Shown here: positions 23,401 through 34,801 of the stretch, piece after piece | Position numbering within the stretch: position 1 is the first letter of the stretch | Layout: each line of letters starts with the position of its first letter | DNA from: Cycas panzhihuaensis | Lineage: Eukaryota; Plantae; Cycadophyta | Assembly (NCBI GenBank): GCA_023213395.1 | Contig: CM041465.1 | Coordinates: 245,713,741 to 245,777,740 of the forward strand | DNA: 64,000 bases | Reading direction: 5' to 3' | The notes under the pieces: generated by a model | What the model was told of the DNA's origin: nothing | The model's input: the letters and a program-made list of their open reading frames with translations, nothing else | The model's database searches: none | Translations under genes and position numbers: made by a program

Positions 23401-25300
23401 TAGTGCCTCATTTTCACCATGCAAAACTAGAGGAACCTTGGTATACCAAGATTGAAGCTAGAGAACAAAATTGCACTAGAATTGAAGCATGTAGCAACAT
23501 GCGTTCTCAACAATGAACATAAGGAATGTTCATAGCAGCACACAATCCATAATGTGTTCTATGATAAGAACAAATCTAGGTTTGAAAGATTTCTTGAGAT
23601 TCTTTGCAATTCAATTGATTTCGTTATATTTCAATTGCTATTCCATCCACTAGTACGACCACAACCTAGAATGAAGACAAGAAGTGTTTAGGAAATACAC
23701 TTGCCCATTCTTAAAACAAAATTCTATGGAATGTCATCTGCATTCAAAAATAAGGTCAAGCAGGCAGCTTGGAGAGAGTTCATTTTTATGCCACTGCTAT
23801 ATTAGGATTTTGACCTAACAGAACAAATGATAGTAGCCCTAAAAAGAGATATGGGTAGAGCCCAAATAAATGCAGACATAATCCATGCAGTAACATGGCT
23901 TTCAAAAGGAGGAGACACTCTGAATGCCATGAAAAGATCAAAGGTTGATATAGAAACTTAGTTGAGGGAACTATGTAAGGAAAACACCCAAATATATTTA
24001 GGTGGGATTCAAATTGTGGATATCAGGCTCAAGCGGCTACAATCGATAGCCAAAGTTATCTCACAAAATTCTTGTCTAAACAAAAACATACTTATATTTC
24101 TAGTGATATGATGCCAATTTTTTTGCAAATACAAGACGGTGTTACACTCAATTGGTGTGAGTTCATGGCTAGTAGCATAAGACAATAGATCGATGGGATA
24201 CGAACTCATCCCTTCTGGAACCCATAATTGTTGTTGGCAACACTATTCCATCAATGTATTGAAGCTCAACTGCCACAAATATTCATTTGTCAAGGAGAGC
24301 CAACAGTAAAGCAATGGATCAACATATTTCCTAATAATGTTCATAATTCAAAACTCAAAAGACAAGTATAGAAAGAGATGACAAAAGTAATTTAGTGGAT
24401 TCAACAAAAGCCAGGGAGTTTAATTTGATCCAAACAAGCAGTAAAAAATAGTGTTAAATGTGGAAGGGTAGAAGTGGAAGATGTGGAATCTACACCCTTG
24501 TTGGAGGAATGGGAGATGGAGCTTCCATTCTAGACAATAACTGAACTAAGGGAAGGGTCCTCTTAGTAGCAAAACTCTTTGGAATGTAAGGGGAAACTAA
24601 TTATATAGATGTATGAAAGAAATAGAAAAGGAGTATCAAGCTGAGATTGTGGCATTATAGGAAAATTTGAAAGAAAAGGATGCAATTTATTGCCACCCTT
24701 ACTTAAATTAATGAAGATTTACTTAAGGCCTCTGAGATTGCCAAGGATCTTGGACTGCAGGGGCAGTCCTAGTTTGTAGAGGGAAGAGGAAAAACAACAT
24801 TAAAATTTTGGGATTTTAAATTTTTTTTGGAGCAAGGATGCTCAACCATTTTTGTTGACCCAAGATAGATATTAGGGTCAAATTTGACACCTATGCATTA
24901 AGGAATGGATAATAATTAGCATGTAACAGATCATTGTGGATGCACGTTGATAGCACAAGATGCGCTTGGATTGAATGCACTTATTTTTGGTTGAAAACAA
25001 TAAAGGCAACCTCTTGGAGAATGCACAACGGGGTGCATTTTGCAACAGGGATGAACAACAGATAGAGCAAAGATTAGAACGCATAGACCAGATCAACTAG
25101 AATGCAATCCAAATAGAACTTTAAGGGGGGTTAAGCATTGGGTTTATCACCAAAGGTTGTGCGTTATGTTGAAAGGTGATTGTGACTTTTGGTCACGAGC
25201 CTTCCTCAAAGGGCGCACAAGGTGTATTTAAATGGCACCAATGCTTATCGGTATTCGCTCGTTGAGTCACTCCAACAACTCTTCACTACTATCTCAGAGT
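20408..25300 (+). mobile_element. Non-autonomous gypsy derivative: gag with 5 zinc knuckles, integrase C-tail only, 3' extra ORF, partial 3' LTR from 24870
   Basis: Gag remnants 20830-22430 (FDDTSDASEH..WYEQL..WGDIKREFDETF); tail FKGNKLKPYHN* at 22967 matches the tail at 7748; no RT, RNaseH or IN core; extra ORF 23670-24770. Confidence 0.75.
23670..24770 (+). pseudogene. Second copy of the gypsy 3' extra ORF
   Basis: MKTRSV*EIHLPILK..QINADIIHAVTWLSKGGD aligns by eye with MRTTRCQETYFPKLR..IRLDADIIHEIIGLPKEGD; similar coiled-coil end. Confidence 0.7.
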
Positions 25301-25616
25301 TAGTCACTCAAGAAGACAACGGAGTCTTTATGTCTGAATCAAAGTATGCAAAGAACCTGCTTCATAAATTCAACATGTCTAAATGTAAACCAGTTGTTAT
25401 GTTAGTGGAAACTGGGTGCAAATTGACATCTAATGAAGGAGGAGAAGTGGTAGGTGGAACCCTTTACATGCATTTGGTTGGAAGCTTGGTCTATTTGACA
25501 ACCACACAAGTAGACATTGCCTTCTCAACAAGATTTATTTCTAGATTCATGAGTAACCCAAAGGTATCATATTGGAAGGCTACAAAACAAGTTCTATGAT
25601 ATGTCAAAGTTGGCAT
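25301..25616 (+). mobile_element. Ty1/copia RT C-terminal fragment
   Basis: VTQEDNGVFMSESKYAKNLLHKFNMSKCKP..YMHLVGSLVYLT..SRFMSNPK. Confidence 0.85.
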
Positions 25617-27525
25617 AAACCTTGTTACCTCTCTAATATACAAAAATAGAGCAAGATAACCAAAATTGGATTGAGGTGGATGGAATGATTGGTGGATGTG
25701 AAGAGCACCACAAAAGAACCAGAAGGACATCAGAGTGAACCCTAAGAGAATTATATTCATCAACATATCATTACAATGAGTAGGGTGCCATATTTATAAG
25801 AGGATCCCATATTTCCACTATTATTAAATACTCATAACTTTAACCTACTTAACCCTTAACCTCCTAATATATTATCCCTCTAACATGTGGTGAAGGATCA
25901 CCACATGCCCTCTCCCCTAAGATGCTTTGCCCTCAAAGCATCCTAATATAAAAAATACACGTCCACCACTTGTTGCTAGAATGTCATAGGTAGATTTATC
26001 ATCCTTGTGTCATAATGAAGAAACTGATGTTAGGATATCTTCATCGTGTAACACATTATTTTCTCCCAACTCGATGGATTTTTGGTTGACCACTCCATCA
26101 TGTGGCAAAGATGAAGATGAAGGGGCTTGAAACTGTCTTGTTAAAATGTCAAGGAGAGTCCTTTGTATGTTTTCAAGCATGTTTTGAACTGCTATTCTTC
26201 TTTCTTTTGCTTCACGCTTAGTTTGTTCTTCTGCAACACGTTGTGGATAAAGTTCTTGAATCTCTAGGCAAAAGAGCAAACATGAAGAGATTCCAAGTTA
26301 CATGGATACCATGTATTTATGCATCACGGAACTGCCATTGTGCCCACCCATGGAGTTTTTCATTGCAAAAGGTTAATATCTTCAATATTTTTTTCATCCT
26401 CTTGTAGGTTGACCTATTTAAAGCATGTTTGCAAGGCAGTAAGCCAATCGTAGAAAGTCACTAAATCATTCTCAATATTGAAGTGTAGGGGTGTGGTCAT
26501 GATATTTTTTTTTTTTTTTTTTAATACCAAGAGAATACTCATGGCCTCAAGAGCAATGGCATGTAAACTAAGGTTTAAATAACCTCAAATAATACAAAAA
26601 GAAACACTAGTATAAACCCTTACAAAATGGAAGCATTAATTTAATTTTAAATATCTGATAAACAATGGCTAAAAATGCACAAAATGTGGTTCAAAATAAT
26701 GGTCTCTAAATTACAGATGACTTTTTTAAGAAGGGTTTACTCCTAGAGATTTTGGACTACAATAATTCCCTCTAATAAAATGCAAATAACTTTTCGCTCA
26801 TACCTTTGATTGACCTAAGACCATTCCATTCGAAAGTAGACAAAAAATTGCATAGAATAAAAAAATAATTGAGGCTATTTGAATACTTGTAACTAAAGTT
26901 ACGGTCATTTGATGTTGAGGTATTAGATTTGCCTTCAAAGTTGGTGACTAAAAGCAGGCTGAAATTAAATCTATTGTATTTTTTTTTTTGCCCTGAAATT
27001 TAGAGTGTGACCACTCAAAATTTGTAGAATGAATTATTTCGCCTCAAATTCACCATTACTTTTTAAAAAATTTTAACATTTATACTTAGATATATGCCTT
27101 TGAACCTTACATTTAAGTAGTGGAAAAAACAAATTTCTAAATACCATTACTTTGATACCACTTGTAACAAGGTTAACCTTGTTATCTTTCTAATATACAC
27201 AAATAGAGAAACATAACCAAAAGTAACTAGAGGTGGATGGAGTGAATGATGCATGTGAAGAGCACCAAAAGGGAACCAGAAGGACACCAAAGTGAACCCC
27301 AAGAGAATTATATTTATCAACATATCATTAAAATGAGTAGGGTGCCATATATATAGAAAGATCACCCTATTATTATATTGTTCTACCACTAAGTTAACCA
27401 TTTATACATTTCCACTATTATTAAATACTCATAACCTTAACCTACTTAACCCTTAACCTCCTAATATATTAACCCTCAACCTCCTAATATATTGACCCTC
27501 TAACATGTGGTGAAGGCTCGCCACA
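25617..27525 (-). mobile_element. Small non-autonomous LTR element A (LARD/TR-GAG-like), ~1.9 kb
   Basis: LTRs ~25617-25906 and 27163-27525; PBS TGGTATCAAAG (reverse complement of ~27150-27160); PPT AGGGGAGAGGGC (reverse complement of ~25908-25919); degenerate gag-like ORF 26010-26500. Confidence 0.85.
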
Positions 27526-27643
27526 TGTGGCGAGCCTTCACCACATGTTAGAGGGTCAATATATTAGGAGGTTGAGGGTTAATATATTAGGAGGTTAAGG
27601 GTTAAGTAGGTTAAGGTTATGAGTATTTAATAATAGTGGAAAT
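27408..27643. repeat. Perfect 236-bp palindrome (118-bp arms, no spacer)
   Basis: Centre CTCGCCACA|TGTGGCGAG at 27525/27526; the arms match base for base out to ATTTCC/GGAAAT. Confidence 0.95.
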
Positions 27644-27661
27644 ATTGGATCCTCCTATAAA

Positions 27662-28630
27662 TGTGGTGAGCTTTCACACATGTTAGAGTGTTAATATGTT
27701 AGGAGGTTAAGGGTTAAGTAAGTTAAGGTTATGAGTATTTAATAATAGTGGAAATATTGGATCCTCTTATAAATATGGCAGCGTATTTATTGTAATGATA
27801 TGTTGATGAATATAATTCTCTTGGGGTTTACTTCAGTGGTCTTTCGACGCTTTTTACATTGATATCATCCATTCCATCCACTTCCATTTAGTTTTGGTTA
27901 TTTTGTTCTATTTTTGTATATTAGAGATGTTACAAGGTTAGGTTTATTACAAATGGTATCAAAGCAATGATATTTAGATTTTTTTTTTCCTACTTGAATG
28001 CGGGGTTTGAAGGCTTATATCAGAGTATAAATGCTTTAAGTTTTAAGATGTAATGGCAAATTTGAGATGACATGACTCGTTCTATAAATTTTGAGTGGTT
28101 ACACTGCATATTTTGAGGTGGAAAAGAAAAAAAGTGCAACAGATTTAATTTTGGCCCATTTTTTGTCATCAATTTTGAAAGCAAATATGCTTTGTCAACT
28201 TTAAACGGTTGTAATTTTAGCTACAAGTATCCAAATGATTTCAATGTTTTTTTTTTTGATTCTGTGTATTTTTTTGTCTACTTTTGAATGGAATTGTTCT
28301 TATAGGTCAATGAAAGGTCTGGGCAAAAGTCATCTACATTTTATCAGTGATTTTTGTTATAGTCCCAAAATCCTAGGAGTAAACCCTCTTTAAAAGGGTC
28401 ATAACTTTTGATACAAGTATCAAAATTTGATTTTGTTTGAACCATTGGAATCGTAATTGAGAAGCCATTATTTTGGGCCACATTTTATGCATTTTTGAAG
28501 CCATTGTTTACTATATATTTAAAATTGAAATTAATCATTCCATTTTGTAAGAGTTTATACTGGTATTTATTTTTGTACTATTTTTGGCCGTTCAGACCTT
28601 GGCTTGCATGCCATTGCTCTTGAGGCCATA

Positions 28631-28669
<39 letters not shown>

Positions 28670-29870
28670 GTATTAAGGGGACTAACTGACTATAGACAAC
28701 TCCTCAAAAGAAAAAAAAGAAAACACATTATGACCACATTCCTACAATTCAATATTGAAGATGATTCAGTGACTTGTCACGAATAGCTTACCGCCTTGCA
28801 CTCATGTTTTGAATGGGTCAACCTACAAGAAGATGAAAAAATTGTTGAAGCTATAACTATTTGCAAAGAAAACTCCATGGGTGGGCATGATGGTGGTTCT
28901 GCGATGCATACATATATGGTATCCATGTTACTCGGGATCTCTTCATTTCAGCTCTTCTCCTAGAGATTCATTAACTTTGTCCACAATGTCTTGCAGAAAA
29001 ACAAACAAAGGGTGAAGTAGAAGAAAGATGAAAAGTTGTTCAAAACATGCTTGAAAACATACAAAGGAGTCTCCTTGACATTTTGGCTAGTTAGGTTCAA
29101 GCCCCTTCATCTTCATCTTTGTCATATGACGGAGTGGTCAAGTAGGAATCCATCCAGTTGGGAGAAAATAATGTGTTGCGGGATGGACTTTTGAAAGAAC
29201 AAGTTTTGAAACTTGAACTTGATGAACTCCCAAGTACTGAGGCAATTTTGTATGAGCATGTGGTGGACCATAATAAGAAAATTGAAAACCTTGCCTCACC
29301 TACATCTCTTCCAGAAGATGGTATGATCAAGTCTCAATCAATTCATCTGGAAGAAGTCATAAGTTTGCCTATCGTACAAGGTAAACTTTTAGATGATAAG
29401 GATGACCTTCCTCCCCCTCATGGTGGTGCGCCATCAACATTCAGCTTGCAGGAGCATTTGGGTACTAATTTTTGTGGATCCCCTCATTACTATAGTATGG
29501 GCTCTCATTTCTTTGCTGATGATATCCATCCAAAAGGGCCACACTTCTGTAGTACATGTTCCCACTTAATGGGAGATGTCTTTGCAGCAGTTTCTTTATT
29601 ATGGCACAAGGATGATAAATCTATCTATGACATTCTAGCAGCGGCAAGTGGTGGACATATGTATTTTTGTATTAGGAAATCTATCTATGGCATAGAACCA
29701 TTCGTGGAGGATTCAAGATATACTGTCATCTCAATGCCCTCCAATGAATGCACTAGAACCACACATTCAATTGGTTTTGGTGCCAACCACTTATTGACGT
29801 AGATGATCCCCTTCTCTGTTCTTGAACCAGTAGTACATTCTGACACCACTCAGGAGCAGCATTGAATGCC
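27662..29870 (+). mobile_element. Non-autonomous LTR element B, same family as A, opposite orientation; 3' LTR absent
   Basis: LTR 27662-27951; PBS TGGTATCAAAGC 27953-27964; internal sequence colinear with A; ORF 29158-29802 shares FQAPSSSSL..GENNVL and DDKS.YDILA with A. Confidence 0.85.
28637..28668. repeat. (CT)n microsatellite
   Basis: Direct inspection. Confidence 0.9.
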
Positions 29871-30746
29871 AATTTCATATCATCTTATGACTGCTGTACT
29901 GATGAGCAGGAGTCTTAACAACATCAAAGACTCCACTAACCGGTGGTAGTCTTATAGCATCTGATGACTCCTCTAATGACAATTTTTTATGGTCATTAGC
30001 CAATGGTCCATCTGCTAACCAGTGGGTGTGATATGGATATTGGTCATGGCTCTGCAACGTATCCTGCCCCTCTTTACTTCCAAACAATAGAGGAGCTATA
30101 TAACCTGTTTTATTATCGTGTATAAACATGCAATCATTTGTATAAAATTACCAGAGATGAACACTCTAGTTATTCTACAACATTTTAACAATGAAGCCAA
30201 CCAATTGTCCCTAAATTACATATCTGAAACATAAATAATAATGGCAAAGCAAAATAAGTGACCTTCAACCATAGGTTCAGGGTAAGAAAACACGCTAAAA
30301 TTTAGGGCTGTTAACACCGATGTGGCTGTTGAAATTTGACACACTGTATGGCTGATTTGTGCTATTCTTAGGTGGATGGCCATACAGTCTGCTGTACTTG
30401 TGAAGAAGAGCCAAGTGAAAAGGGCCAAAAATAACTCATGAAAGCGCAATGGAAATCTGCAAATGCTGATTTAAATGGCAGTAGGGAAAACCTATTTTAT
30501 AGCTGTGTGGCTGATGTCACAATTGAACGGCTGGAGGGATCTTCGTACTCTTTATATGGCCATGTTCATAAATGCAAATTTAATGTGCATGACTTGCCTG
30601 TAATGCAAGACCTCTCATCAATGATATTGTACATCTCTTTATTGCAGTTGTACCCTTAATTAATGTTTTAATTGTTTCTAGGTTGTGGCCCTGTTCTCTT
30701 GAGGTTGTGAAGTCACCTAGAGGCTTATCTGCTACTTCTGTTAGCT

Positions 30747-30783
30747 TCTCTCTCTCTCTCTCTCTCTCTCTTTCCCTCCCTCT

Positions 30784-30819
<36 letters not shown>
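30747..30819. repeat. Compound (CT)n-(AT)n microsatellite
   Basis: Direct inspection. Confidence 0.9.
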
Positions 30820-30821
<2 letters not shown>

Positions 30822-32026
30822 TTACTGAATTAGGTGTTTTGCCCTACTTTTAGGCCTCGGCTTTGCTTCATTTTAGAATAGCTTTTTCTTTGTGAGTAAT
30901 TAAAATTTCAGGGGTTATCTGTGGGACTTAAAGCCCCTTTTCTGACTGTCTAAAGCTCTGAGCTGGGCCATTTTTGGTCTGTGACATCAGATGCCTTCTT
31001 GAGTAGGAACTTCTAGGAGGTTTGCTGGGCTAGCCATTGGTTTGCAGCAGTTCATTGATAAAAGGCTTCTATTGTGCTTTGTTAAATTCATTATATGCCG
31101 TGGGTCCTTGTGCCTTTACTCCACCCAAATGTGCCCATCATTCTATGATATGTACCTGTGAGTGTAGGTGTGTCTCAAAAATCACAAAAAATGCATTGAA
31201 TCTTGCATGTCCTAAGCCTTTCCTTGGGTTTGAGTTGCACAACGATGACATGCTTTTGCTATTTTTTTCTTCAAAACTTGGAGGGGAAAAATGGAAAAAA
31301 AAAGAAAAGAAAAAACAAATATGAGTTTTGAACCATGGAGTACTTCTTGAGACAGTCTGTCTTGCTTGAAAAGACCAGATTACCTCAATAATACTTGCTG
31401 TCCACTGTTTTCAATTTTTGAACTTCTTATTTTCTTGTCCACTATCCTATTCCTGGCTTTTCTTGTGCTTACTGCTGCTTCTTGCTGTCCTGTTTTCCAA
31501 AGTTGCCTTTTTGCTGCAGTCTTCTTTTTCCTTCTTGTTGTCCTTTTCTAGCTTGATCCTTCTTTCCCTTTTGAGTTTTATTTTTGCTGTTTTTGAATGT
31601 TGTGAGAAAACTGTTTGAAAGCTCTTTTAGTGAAACTCTCAAGGTTTCTGTTGTTCTTCACCCACCGCCCCACCCTGGGTTGTATTTTTGGGTGGCAGGC
31701 CCTGAGGCTGGGTGCCCCACCATACTAGATTTTTCACCACTCCAGGAACTGCTGACAAACTCAGTTTGGCCGAGTGAATCTGGTTCTGCAGATTAGCAGA
31801 ACCAGAACTTGGGAACTGGTTCAGTTTTGAATCAGGTGTGTAAGTTTACAAGGCTATGTTTATAAACTTATTTTCCTTGTTATTGCCATTTTCAGTTGAT
31901 ATTTTTGAGCAATATTAATGGAGCATTGGATTTGTTTTATCATTTACATCTGTATTTGATATTTTTGAGTATATATTATTGTGACATCTGAGTTTTAATT
32001 TACAAGTACTTGTATGTGTGCTCCAG

Positions 32027-32140
32027 CCAAACAAAAAGACAAGAACTCGGGCCTATGAGTTACTAGTTAAAATTGGTCACTGCTTGGGAGATGCCGAAAA
32101 TGGAGGTTCAGTGGAGAATTTGCGTCAGTTTTTTAACATG
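32027..32140 (+). CDS. RRP12: RRP12-like protein, internal exon (first one in the window)
   Basis: AG|..|GT; PNKKTRTRAYELLVKIGH..ENLRQFFNM matches the plant RRP12 NKKTRNRAYDVLVQIG motif; 114 bp, phase 0. Confidence 0.9.
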
Positions 32141-32785
32141 GTAAGGAATGGGCTGTTTTATGTATGGTAAACTCTGCATTGTGGCCAGGATATGTTGTAT
32201 ACTTTTCGAGAAGCAGGATTTTGAATAGAGTTATAAATTCAATGATGTTGATAAGGCTCTATGTTGCTATATACTGTTAAACATATATGACAAGTGTATT
32301 GTTGATATTACAAGATGCTTTTTAGTCTAGAAGATTGAGGTGGTTCAAAATTCATATATATTAGGCCTCTGAGGTCTCGTGCTTTAATTTACTCTAATGT
32401 TATTGGCAACTTCATCTTTTAGGAGTTCATGCCAATGTTTTAGAAGCAGATCTGCTCTTAATATGTTATTCATATTCTTATGTTCTATGAAAGCCACTTA
32501 TGTTTGGACCTGCTACGCTCTGTTTTCCGTATCCAGTTTGCTTAATGGATGGTTTTGTTTCTCTTGGGTTTCCATGTGTTTGACAACTCTATTTCTGGGT
32601 TGCAGATACCGAAGTCCAAACATTTGCCACTAGGTTAACATCTTATTCATGTTATGGGTTTCTTATCAGAATGGACCTGTTATGACTGTTGTGACAAGTT
32701 TACCAAGGATGCCTTTCCTACTAATTGTTTATCATATCTGAATTCCTGAATAAATTTCAGCCTTTTATTCTCCTTTTGGGTGCAG

Positions 32786-32947
32786 GTTGTTGGGTGTCTT
32801 GGGGGTAGCACACCCCACATGATAAGTGCAGCAGTCTCAGGTCTAGCAAGACTGATTTATGAGTTCTCTGATCTCTGCTTGATGGTATCAAACTTGCTTC
32901 CATCTGCATTTATGCTGCTTCAAAGTAATAACAGAGAAGTTATCAAA
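32786..32947 (+). CDS. RRP12: RRP12-like protein exon
   Basis: VVGCLGGSTPHMISAAVSGLARLIYEFSDL..NREVIK; canonical splice sites; 162 bp. Confidence 0.92.
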
Positions 32948-33068
32948 GTAAGTGGCTCTCCTTTTGCCCATATGCTAATGCAATGAAATGCCAAGAAGTT
33001 CCTGTGCGTACTTATGCTGCACATTATATTTCTGTGCACATTTATAAATTCATTTGGGTGATTGTCAG

Positions 33069-33197
33069 GCAACCTTGGGACTGATGAAAGTAGTGGCAGC
33101 CAGGCATCAAGCAGAGGATCTGCAACAGCATTTAAAGAGTATGGTAGAGGGGTTATTACGTTGGTCGGGTGACAGGAAAAACCACTTCAAAGCAAAG
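33069..33197 (+). CDS. RRP12: RRP12-like protein exon
   Basis: ATLGLMKVVAA..LKSMVEGLLRWSGDRKNHFKAK; AG/GT; 129 bp. Confidence 0.9.
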
Positions 33198-33304
33198 GTT
33201 TCCAGAATTTGATGGAGTTTCTGTTGCTGTGATATTTCTCTCTTTGTAGGTTCTGATATCAAACCAAGGTTAGTTCCTATAATTACAAACTGAATTAATC
33301 ACAG

Positions 33305-33406
33305 GTTCGGTTGCTGCTTGAAATGCTGGTACGGAAATGTGGTCTAGATGCTGTTAAGGTTGTGATGCCAGAGCACCACATGAAACTCCTCACAAATATA
33401 AGAAAA
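33305..33406 (+). CDS. RRP12: RRP12-like protein exon
   Basis: VRLLLEMLVRKCGLDAVKVVMPEHHMKLLTNIRK; AG/GT; 102 bp. Confidence 0.92.
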
Positions 33407-33511
33407 GTGGGTTCTCTGGTGTTCATCTATCTTTTCCTGGTTAATATTCATTGTCATGCAAATTTTGAATTTTCAATTTCTCAACTATTGTGGTTGTGAA
33501 TTTGGATTCAG

Positions 33512-33603
33512 ACTAAGGAACGGAAGGAAAAGAAAAAGAATACTTTACCTCAAGACAGATTAGGGGAAACCAAGTCTTCACATTCATGTGCAACCACAGC
33601 CAG
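33512..33603 (+). CDS. RRP12: RRP12-like protein exon
   Basis: TKERKEKKK..SCATTA(R); AG/GT; ends in phase 2. Confidence 0.85.
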
Positions 33604-33770
33604 GTATACATCTTTCTGAACATAGTGAGTGCTTTAAAAGTGGTGGGCATTATGCAATTTATGGGGTCTCAATAGTTGTCTTGTTAATTGACTTTGTGGC
33701 AATTACATTATGATGTGATTAATTTCAGTTCTATCGTGAAGTGCATCTATGCTGAGTTATTCCTTTTCAG

Positions 33771-33911
33771 GCAAAGCGAATGGAGGCACACAAATATATT
33801 TTCTGATTTTGGAGATGAGGATGACAACGACACTGATGAATACATGGATGGGAAAAGTACTGGTTTTGGGAGTAAGATTTCAGCGGCAAAGTCAAAATCT
33901 TCTACTGTACG
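33771..33911 (+). CDS. RRP12: RRP12-like protein exon
   Basis: QSEWRHTNIFSDFGDEDD..; phases are consistent with both flanking exons. Confidence 0.85.
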
Positions 33912-34188
33912 GTCAGTACTTGACGCTTTATTAATGGTTTGCAAGAATATGCACCTGCTGATGCATAAGCAATCCATTTTAGGGCTTCCACTGCATGTGC
34001 TGTGGATGCTAACAATTATTGATTCTCTGCAGGGGTTCTTTTTATGTTGTTTCTGTTCTTTGAATATTCTTTGATATTTAAAGAAGACAAGCTTGCAAAA
34101 TGAAAATATTATCCTGTTTTCAGTGTTGGAATGTGCTGCGGCTCTAATTTTGTTTATTCTTATCATATGTGAAAATTCAATTTTGTAG

Positions 34189-34801
34189 ATCGCAAAAACT
34201 GCGGAAATCAAACAAGAGGCTTCCTGAAGACGACTCGGCCCTTTTAGGAAGTGAACCACTCGACTTGTTGGATAAACACAGGACTAGAGCTGTGCTGAAA
34301 GCACAAATGCCTAAAGACCAAAGATCTGACAGTGATAATGAGCCAGAACTTGCTGCTGATGGGCGTCTACTGATAAATGAAGAAGTTGAGAGTCGCTCAC
34401 GCAAGAGGAGAGCAATGGACAATGAAACAGGGCAAAAGATAGATATTCAAAGTCAGCAGAGTAGGCAGTCAAAATCGCAAAGCATTGCTTTTCAAAAGCG
34501 ACGGAAGACCTCCGGCTCCGGATGGGCTTACACTGGTACTGAGTATGCTGGTAAGAAGGCAGGTGGTGATGTGAAGAGAGAAGGGAAACTTGAACCATAT
34601 GCATACTGGCCACTTGATCCCAAGATGCTGAACCGAAGAGAAGAAAAGAGAGCAGTTGCCAGGAAGGGGTTGGCAAGTGTGGCGAAGCTTACAAAACAGC
34701 TTCAAGGTAAAAGTGTGAGTAATGCGCTGTCAGTGAAAGCAGCAGCACGAAAAAGAAAGCAGAAACCCCATAAGGGAAAGAGCAATAGGAAGAGCAGGTG
34801 A
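34189..34801 (+). CDS. RRP12: RRP12-like protein, terminal exon
   Basis: EPLDLLD..DGRLLI..SGWAYTGTEYAGKKAGGDVKREGKLEPYAYWPLD (RRP12 C-terminal signature); TGA stop. Confidence 0.95.

Noticed and set aside
29158-29802. 214-aa ORF as a host gene
   Set aside because: It lies inside LTR element B and is homologous to element A's internal region.
29899-29970. Hammerhead ribozyme cores (CTGATGA), i.e. retrozymes
   Set aside because: No stem II plus GAAA partner here or at the other CTGATGA sites I checked (e.g. 1008, 11589).
31037-31796. Short hydrophobic ORFs as missing RRP12 exons
   Set aside because: No similarity to the expected upstream RRP12 sequence; U-rich intronic composition.
33747-34705. 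Antisense ORFs over RRP12 exons
   Set aside because: Shadow frames of the real + strand exons; no recognisable motifs.
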